From the NCBI GenBank assembly GCA_964577055.1, contig CAZNWC010000008.1, positions 32,673 through 96,672 of the forward strand: DNA of 64,000 nucleotides. Direction: 5' to 3'. The position numbers and the translations under genes were made by a program. This document shows, piece by piece, positions 58,183-64,000 of this stretch. How positions within the stretch are numbered: the first letter of the stretch is position 1; each line of letters opens with the position of its first letter. The stretch is from an uncultured Chitinophaga sp. (lineage in GTDB: Bacteria; Bacteroidota; Bacteroidia; UBA7662). The notes beneath the pieces are model-generated. The model ran no database searches. It saw only the letters and a list, made by a program, of their open reading frames with translations, and was not told the DNA's origin.

Positions 58183-58722
58183 ATGTCAGTATTTAAAAAA
58201 GCCACCTTGTTAATGGTGGCACTCTTTGCAAGCACTGCTGCTTTTGCGCAAGTAAAATTGGGTCACATCAATTCATCGGAATTGGTAGGCATGATGCCCG
58301 AAACCAAATTGGCAGACGATAGCCTGAAACGGTTCACAGAAGACCTCAACGGTCAACTGCAAACTATGCTAGGGGAACTGCAAACCAAGTATGGTGATTT
58401 TCAATCGAAGCAGGCCAGTTGGTCAGAAGCGATTCGCGAATACCGCGCCAAGGAAATTCAAGATTTGCAAACCAACATTGATAATTTTCAGCAACGTGCT
58501 CAGCAAGACATTGCAAAGCGCAAAGAAGATTTGTACGGACCCATTTTCGAAAAGGCTGAAAAAGCCATCAAGGAAGTGGCCAAAGAAGGCAAATACAGCT
58601 ATATTTTTGATGCCAGTGCCGGTGCCTTGTTGTACCAACAGGATTCTGACGACATTATGGAAGCAGTAAAAAAGAAGCTTAATTTGACCGGCGTAACGGC
58701 TCCTGCAACCGGCAAAAAGTAA
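58183..58722 (+). CDS. skp: OmpH/Skp periplasmic chaperone (second copy)
   Basis: 'KLGHINS..L...MPE', 'PI.EK...AI.EVAKE..YSYIFD'. Confidence 0.92.
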   Translation: MSVFKKATLLMVALFASTAAFAQVKLGHINSSELVGMMPETKLADDSLKRFTEDLNGQLQTMLGELQTKYGDFQSKQASWSEAIREYRAKEIQDLQTNIDNFQQRAQQDIAKRKEDLYGPIFEKAEKAIKEVAKEGKYSYIFDASAGALLYQQDSDDIMEAVKKKLNLTGVTAPATGKK

Positions 58723-58739
58723 CCTAAGCCCCAAGAGTT

Positions 58740-58778
58740 AAACCCGCAAGACGTTTCGACTTGCGGGTTTGCTATTTT
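58740..58778 (+). terminator. Rho-independent terminator
   Basis: AAACCCGCAAG/CTTGCGGGTTT stem followed by GCTATTTT. Confidence 0.7.
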
Positions 58779-58851
58779 CTGGCGGCTCGTATGTTGTCAT
58801 TTTGCATATAAATCACTTTCTTTGGTAGATATCTTTAATTCGCTAATTCGC

Positions 58852-60828
58852 ATGTTGTCAACTTTCAGAAGTATCATCCTCTTCTGCGTTCTGTTTTTGG
58901 GAATGAGCATTGTACCAGCGCGTACAAAGGCTCAACTTTCGAGCGGTGATAAGGCCTTTGCCATACAGAATTATTACCTCGCCATTGATAGTTACAAAAA
59001 GGCTATCAAGAGCAAGGAACGTAAAGCAGAAGCCACGTTTAAAATTGCTGAATGTTACCGTTTGATGAACGATAACAAATTGGCGGAAAGCTGGTATGCG
59101 CGAGCCATCAAGGCGGGTTACGAAGAAGCTGAATTGTATTTGAATTATGCGGGCGTTTTGCGTGGCATGGAAAAATATGACGACGCAATTGAACAGTACA
59201 ACACCTATTTGGGACTTAATCCTGGCGACACACGCGCCAAGTGGTTGCTCGAATCATGCAAACTGGCGAAAACCTGGATGAATACACCTTCGCGCTATGA
59301 GGTGAACAACATGAAAGTATTCAACTCACGCCAATCTGATTATGGCTTGGCTTTGTATAAGAACAACGGCGTTATCATCAGCTCTACGCGCGAAGAGGCA
59401 ACGGGCAAAAAGCTTTACGGACGTATTGGTGAAGACTTTTCAGATCTTTTTGAAAGCAACGTAGACAGACGTGGGAAATGGAGCAAATTGCAAGTGTTGC
59501 AGGGTGGTGTAAATACTTCCTTCAATGAAGGCACGGCCTCCATCAACCGCACAGGTACCATCATGTATTTTACCCGTTGCAGCAGCAAGTCGGGTGAGTG
59601 CAAAATCTATTTCGCCCGTAAAACCGGACAAAAATGGAGTGATGCAGAATTGATCGAAATTTTTGGAGATACCATCAATGTAGGTCAGCCAACTTTGTCG
59701 AAAGACCAGAAGAAGCTTTACTTTGTTGCAGACAATGCGCCTGGCGGTCAGGGTGGTAAAGATATTTGGTTTATGAACAAAGGCCGGGGCGAAAGTTGGG
59801 AAGAACCCATCAACCTGGGACCTCAAATCAATACCGAATTCGATGAGATGTTTCCGTACATCCACGAGGACGACAATACATTGTATTTTTCTTCAGACGG
59901 ACATCCAGGCATGGGTGGATTGGATGTTTTTTACAGCGATGGTTCGGGTACTGAATGGAGTCAGCCGGTGAACATGAAATTCCCCATCAACTCAGGGGCT
60001 GATGATTTTGCTTTCATTGCAAACGCACGTAAAGACAAGGGCTTTTTGAGCACGAACCGCCCCGGAGGTCGTGGCAGTGACGATATTTGGCAGTGGGTGT
60101 TAACTCCTTTGCAATTCAACCTAAGTGGTCAAGTGTATGACGACAGCACGCGCCGTGCACTGTCGGGTGCAGAGGTGAAACTCATTTTCCTGGAAGACAA
60201 GAGTTACATCGAAGCCATTACCGATAACCGGGGTATGTATACCTTCAAACTGCGCGAAGGTGTAGATTACCGCATTGAGGTGACGCGCAAGGAGTACTTT
60301 GGCGAAGATACCAGCTTAACCACCAAGGGCTTTGAAGCTTCGAATGACTTTGTGATCAATATTCCATTGAAAGCTGTACCTATTGAAGAAGTAACCTTGA
60401 ACGATATCTTGTATGACTTCAATAGCGATAAATTAACGCCTACATCTAAGGAAAACTTGAAGGTGTTGATTGACATGATGAAGAAGTCGGAGAACCTGAT
60501 CATCTCAATCAACTCACACACCGACTCACGTGGTTCTGATGAGTACAACCTCGACTTGTCGCAGCGACGTGCTCAGTCGGTGGTAAACTACCTCATTGAA
60601 AACGGCATCGACAGTGCACGTTTGCAGGCCAAGGGTTTTGGTGAGACGCAATTGTTGAATCGCTGTAAGAACGGCGTGAACTGTTCTGACGAGGAGCATC
60701 AATTGAACCGTCGTACGACCTTTAAAGTGGTTTCTACGGACTTCAAGGGGATTATCAAATACCGCCGTGTAACAGGTGATGAGGAGCAGGAGCAAGATCA
60801 AATCTTCACCGATCCGAATAAAGAATAA
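58852..60828 (+). CDS. PorE-like OmpA family protein (TPR, PD40 repeats, carboxypeptidase-regulatory-like, OmpA_C)
   Basis: TPRs, 'LYFSSDGHPGMGGLD', 'SHTDSRGSDEYNLDLSQRRA', 'NRRT'. Confidence 0.88.
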   Translation: MLSTFRSIILFCVLFLGMSIVPARTKAQLSSGDKAFAIQNYYLAIDSYKKAIKSKERKAEATFKIAECYRLMNDNKLAESWYARAIKAGYEEAELYLNYAGVLRGMEKYDDAIEQYNTYLGLNPGDTRAKWLLESCKLAKTWMNTPSRYEVNNMKVFNSRQSDYGLALYKNNGVIISSTREEATGKKLYGRIGEDFSDLFESNVDRRGKWSKLQVLQGGVNTSFNEGTASINRTGTIMYFTRCSSKSGECKIYFARKTGQKWSDAELIEIFGDTINVGQPTLSKDQKKLYFVADNAPGGQGGKDIWFMNKGRGESWEEPINLGPQINTEFDEMFPYIHEDDNTLYFSSDGHPGMGGLDVFYSDGSGTEWSQPVNMKFPINSGADDFAFIANARKDKGFLSTNRPGGRGSDDIWQWVLTPLQFNLSGQVYDDSTRRALSGAEVKLIFLEDKSYIEAITDNRGMYTFKLREGVDYRIEVTRKEYFGEDTSLTTKGFEASNDFVINIPLKAVPIEEVTLNDILYDFNSDKLTPTSKENLKVLIDMMKKSENLIISINSHTDSRGSDEYNLDLSQRRAQSVVNYLIENGIDSARLQAKGFGETQLLNRCKNGVNCSDEEHQLNRRTTFKVVSTDFKGIIKYRRVTGDEEQEQDQIFTDPNKE

Positions 60829-60842
60829 CTTTCAGCACCCAT

Positions 60843-60881
60843 AAAAAAGGGCAAAGTGAGTAACTTTGCCCTTTCTTTTTT
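60843..60881 (+). terminator. Rho-independent terminator
   Basis: AAAGGGCAAAGT-GAGTA-ACTTTGCCCTTT followed by CTTTTTT. Confidence 0.82.
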
Positions 60882-60890
60882 GAAAACAGC

Positions 60891-62063
60891 ATGGACGCAT
60901 CGAAATATCAGCAGCGTGGGGTTTCAGCCGCCAAGGAGGATGTACACAAAGCCATCAGCAAGCTCGACAAAGGGCTATTTCCAAAGGCTTTTTGCAAAAT
61001 TCTACCCGATTTCTTAGGAGGAGATCCTGATTGGTGCAATATTATCCATGCCGATGGTGCGGGTACTAAATCTTCGTTGGCCTATGCCTATTGGAAGCAA
61101 ACGGGTGATTTGAGTGTATGGAAGGGCATTGCGATTGATGCAGTGGTCATGAACCTCGACGATATGTTGTGCGTGGGGGCTACTGATAATTTTTTATTGT
61201 CTTCGACCATTGGCCGCAACAAACGTTTGGTTCCGGGTGAAGTGATTGCGGCCATCATTGCTGGAACGCAGGAATTCATCGATGAGATGGCTGTATACGG
61301 CATTCGTATCCATTTTGGAGGAGGAGAAACAGCTGACTTGGGGGATTTGGTGCGTACTGTGGTGGTTGACTCCACGGTAACGGCCCGCATGCGGCGTGAT
61401 GCTGTTATCAGCAATGACCGCATTCAGCCGGGTGATGTCATAGTGGGATTATCGTCGTACGGACAAGCTACATACGAGCAACAGTACAATGGGGGGATGG
61501 GGTCGAATGGGCTCACTTCGGCGCGCCACGATGTTTTTCATAAATCGGTAGGCCAACAGTTTCCTGAAACTTACGATGCAGGTATTGACGATGCGGTGGT
61601 GTATGTAGGCAAGCACCAATTGACAGATGCGGTGTCTGGTACACCTTTGGATGCCGGCAAGCTGGTGCTGTCGCCTACGCGCACATATGCCCCCATTCTA
61701 AAGGCTGTACTGAACGAATTACGTGGCCACATCCATGGTTTGGTGCATTGCTCAGGTGGTGCGCAAACGAAGGTGCTGCATTTCATCGACGGTTTACGTG
61801 TAATCAAAGACAACCTTTTGCCTGTTCCGCCCTTGTTTGAATTGATTCAAGCTTCTTCAGGCACCTCTTACAAAGAGATGTACCAAGTATTCAATATGGG
61901 CCATCGCATGGAAGTGTATTTGCCCGAAGCCCATGCTGCGCAGGTAATTGCCACCGCTCAAGGATTTGGTGTGGCAGCCCAAGTAATAGGCAGGGTGGAG
62001 GCCGCTCCCCAAACGCAGGTGCAGTTAGAGACCCCTTACGGTTCATTTGTATACAACAAGTGA
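60891..62063 (+). CDS. purM: phosphoribosylformylglycinamidine cyclo-ligase (AIR synthase, Bacteroidota type)
   Basis: 'RGVSAAKEDVH', 'HADGAGTK', 'GGETADLGD', 'GSNG', 'VFNMG'. Confidence 0.9.
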   Translation: MDASKYQQRGVSAAKEDVHKAISKLDKGLFPKAFCKILPDFLGGDPDWCNIIHADGAGTKSSLAYAYWKQTGDLSVWKGIAIDAVVMNLDDMLCVGATDNFLLSSTIGRNKRLVPGEVIAAIIAGTQEFIDEMAVYGIRIHFGGGETADLGDLVRTVVVDSTVTARMRRDAVISNDRIQPGDVIVGLSSYGQATYEQQYNGGMGSNGLTSARHDVFHKSVGQQFPETYDAGIDDAVVYVGKHQLTDAVSGTPLDAGKLVLSPTRTYAPILKAVLNELRGHIHGLVHCSGGAQTKVLHFIDGLRVIKDNLLPVPPLFELIQASSGTSYKEMYQVFNMGHRMEVYLPEAHAAQVIATAQGFGVAAQVIGRVEAAPQTQVQLETPYGSFVYNK

Positions 62064-62083
62064 GATTGATATTTTACAGTCAT

Positions 62084-62112
62084 AAAAAAGCCCTCGCTAA
62101 GAGGGCTTTTTT
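62084..62112. terminator. bidirectional terminator
   Basis: AAAAAAGCCCTC-GCTAA-GAGGGCTTTTTT between convergent purM and rny. Confidence 0.88.
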
Positions 62113-62130
62113 GATGAAAGACTGTTTGAC

Positions 62131-63687
62131 TTACTTGGCGTAAGCGATGGAGCGTTTTTCGCGGATGACTGTGACCTTGATTTGACCTGGGTACTGCATT
62201 TCGTTTTGAATGCGTTGTGACAGGTCAACCGACATGATTTCGGCGGCATCGTCACTCACTTTTTCGGATTCTACAATCACGCGCAATTCGCGGCCTGCTT
62301 GGATAGCGAAGGCTTTTTCTACGCCTTGGTAGCTCATGGCCATGTTCTCGAGATCTTTGAGTCGCTTGATATAGCCTTCAATTACTTCGCGGCGTGCTCC
62401 CGGACGTGCACCTGAAATGGCGTCGCAAGCTTGTACAATGGCCGAAATAGGGTCGGTCATTTCAATTTCGTCGTGGTGGGCGCCAATGGCATTGCAAATC
62501 ACAGGATTTTCTTTGCAACGTTCGGCAATTTGCATGCCCAGCAAGGCGTGGGGTACTTCGGCATTGTCGTCGGGCACTTTGCCAATGTCGTGCAAGAGGC
62601 CCGCACGCTTGGCTAATTTGGCATTCAAGCCGAGCTCAGCTGCCATGGTAGCACAGAGGTTGGCTACTTCGCGGCTGTGTTGCAGGAGGTTTTGTCCATA
62701 CGACGAGCGGTAGCGCATTTTGCCCACCAAGCGAACGAGTTCGGGGTGGAGGCCATGAATGCCCAGATCGATGCAGGTACGTTCACCAATTTCTACCACT
62801 TCTTCTTCGATCTGTTTACGGGTTTTGGCCACTACCTCTTCGATGCGGGCAGGGTGAATACGGCCGTCGGTCACGAGTCGGTGCAGTGCAACGCGTCCAA
62901 TTTCGCGGCGGAGGGGATCAAAACAAGAAAGGATGATGGCTTCGGGGGTGTCATCTACGATCAACTCAACGCCCGTGGCAGCTTCGAAGGCCCGGATGTT
63001 GCGCCCTTCACGGCCGATGATTTGGCCCTTTACATCGTCGTTTTTAATGGGGAATACCGAGATGGCATTTTCAATGGCATGTTCTGTGGCAGTGCGCTGA
63101 ATGCTCTCTATGACCACCTTTTTGGCTTCTTTGTTGGCTTGCAGCTTGGCTTCATCGATGATGTCTTTGATTTGGGCCATGGCTTGGCTTTTGGCCTCTC
63201 CTTTTAATTGTTCCACCAATTGAGCCTTTGCTTCGTCAGCAGTCAAGCTGGCGATTTTTTCGAGGCTTTTCACCGTTTGTTGGTGGGCTTTCGCCAATTC
63301 TTCTTTGCGTTGGTCAACAATCTCGATTTGGCGCGAGAGGTTTTCGCGGGTCGATTCTAATTCAGCCTCTTTGCGCGCTACTTGTTCGAGCTTTTGGTTC
63401 AGACTTTGTTCCTTTTGCTTTAAACGGTTTTCGTTTTGCAAAACAGCTTGATTCCGCTTGTTGGTTTCCTCATCGTGTTGGGCACGAAGCTGGAGAAAGC
63501 GTTCTTTGGCTTGCAGTTCTTTTTCTTTGCGGATGCCTTCTGCGCGCAGTTCCGCTTCTTTGAGGATGCGAGAAGCTTCTTTTTCAGCTTCTTCTTTTTG
63601 TTTGTCGAGCACCTTGGCCAGCATAAAGCGACCAACGGCAACGCCCGCACCGAGTGATAGAACTCCTATGAGTACGTTTATTAACAT
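62131..63687 (-). CDS. rny: ribonuclease Y
   Basis: N-terminal TM, coiled coil, KH '[10 protein letters not shown]', HD 'LLHDIGK', '[10 protein letters not shown]'. Confidence 0.97.
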   Translation of the reverse strand: MLINVLIGVLSLGAGVAVGRFMLAKVLDKQKEEAEKEASRILKEAELRAEGIRKEKELQAKERFLQLRAQHDEETNKRNQAVLQNENRLKQKEQSLNQKLEQVARKEAELESTRENLSRQIEIVDQRKEELAKAHQQTVKSLEKIASLTADEAKAQLVEQLKGEAKSQAMAQIKDIIDEAKLQANKEAKKVVIESIQRTATEHAIENAISVFPIKNDDVKGQIIGREGRNIRAFEAATGVELIVDDTPEAIILSCFDPLRREIGRVALHRLVTDGRIHPARIEEVVAKTRKQIEEEVVEIGERTCIDLGIHGLHPELVRLVGKMRYRSSYGQNLLQHSREVANLCATMAAELGLNAKLAKRAGLLHDIGKVPDDNAEVPHALLGMQIAERCKENPVICNAIGAHHDEIEMTDPISAIVQACDAISGARPGARREVIEGYIKRLKDLENMAMSYQGVEKAFAIQAGRELRVIVESEKVSDDAAEIMSVDLSQRIQNEMQYPGQIKVTVIREKRSIAYAK

Positions 63688-63751
63688 GACAGATTGGTTT
63701 TAAGACCCATCTGCAGGTTTAGCTGTGGTAGCTGGTAAAGAAATGAAACAG

Positions 63752-64000
63752 TTATGATTGCTCAATCAATTGCCGCATACGCGCTATTTCTTGCCCGATA
63801 TCGGGAGAAAGTGCTTGCGTAGTTGCGTTGCCTGCATCGTTTGCGAGCAGTGCGTTGGCGAGGAAAAGTGCCGTCATGGCCATCACGTCGGTGCGGTCGG
63901 CAGTTGGATAGGTATTCCTATACTCCTGCAACCGCTCATTGATGAGCTTTTCCGCTTCGCGCATCCGAGGTGCATCGGTTGCCGAAACTACCAGGGGGTA
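63752..64000 (-). CDS. zapA: cell division protein ZapA (5'-truncated by window edge)
   Basis: Frame open to the edge: YPLVVSATDAPRMREAEKLINERLQEY...DVMAMTAL; located upstream of rny. Confidence 0.82.
   Translation of the reverse strand, partial: YPLVVSATDAPRMREAEKLINERLQEYRNTYPTADRTDVMAMTALFLANALLANDAGNATTQALSPDIGQEIARMRQLIEQS

Noticed and set aside
63688-63751. Possible 6S RNA downstream of zapA
   Set aside because: The 64-nt spacer is far too short for a ~180-nt 6S RNA.
63794-63805. Palindrome CCCGATATCGGG resembling the 29114 element without its AGCT centre
   Set aside because: Only 12 bp, inside zapA coding sequence (PDIG) and without tRNA-like flanks; probably chance.
1-64000. CRISPR array, prophage, IS, rRNA or riboswitch
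   Set aside because: No regularly spaced repeats and no transposase, integrase or phage motifs were seen; intergenic gaps are short and explained by promoters and terminators.

Overview
A 64-kb, gene-dense chromosomal segment of a Bacteroidota bacterium, judged from T9SS C-terminal domains, sprE/gldH/porG-like/porE-like genes and TAnnTTTG -7 promoters. It is mostly housekeeping and envelope biogenesis: PBP1a, SprE, TamB, tsaD/tsaB, an ECF sigma/anti-sigma/Spy-like operon, rpmH-rnpA-yidD-S41, asd, hemB, holB-ricT-gldH, radC, rpsT, nadK-2x DUF6089-uppS-bamA-2x skp-OmpA, purM, rny and zapA. It also carries several T9SS cargo proteins and tRNA-Asn(GTT). I saw no CRISPR array, prophage, integrase or IS. 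The most unusual signal lies just downstream of tRNA-Asn and is missing from the ORF track: a second, degenerate tRNA 3' half whose T-loop is interrupted by a perfect 18-bp palindrome (CCCCGATAGCTATCGGGG). It is followed by its own terminator and a decayed GIY-YIG nuclease gene, and may be the relic of a tRNA-targeting GIY-YIG/palindrome element. Other leads are a paralogous T9SS cargo pair with different CTD types plus a fused stub of a third copy, a repeated ECF promoter motif, a candidate 3'-UTR sRNA, and a RicT with an extra Cys cluster and a disordered Arg-rich tail. All product calls come from reading motifs by eye; no database searches were run.
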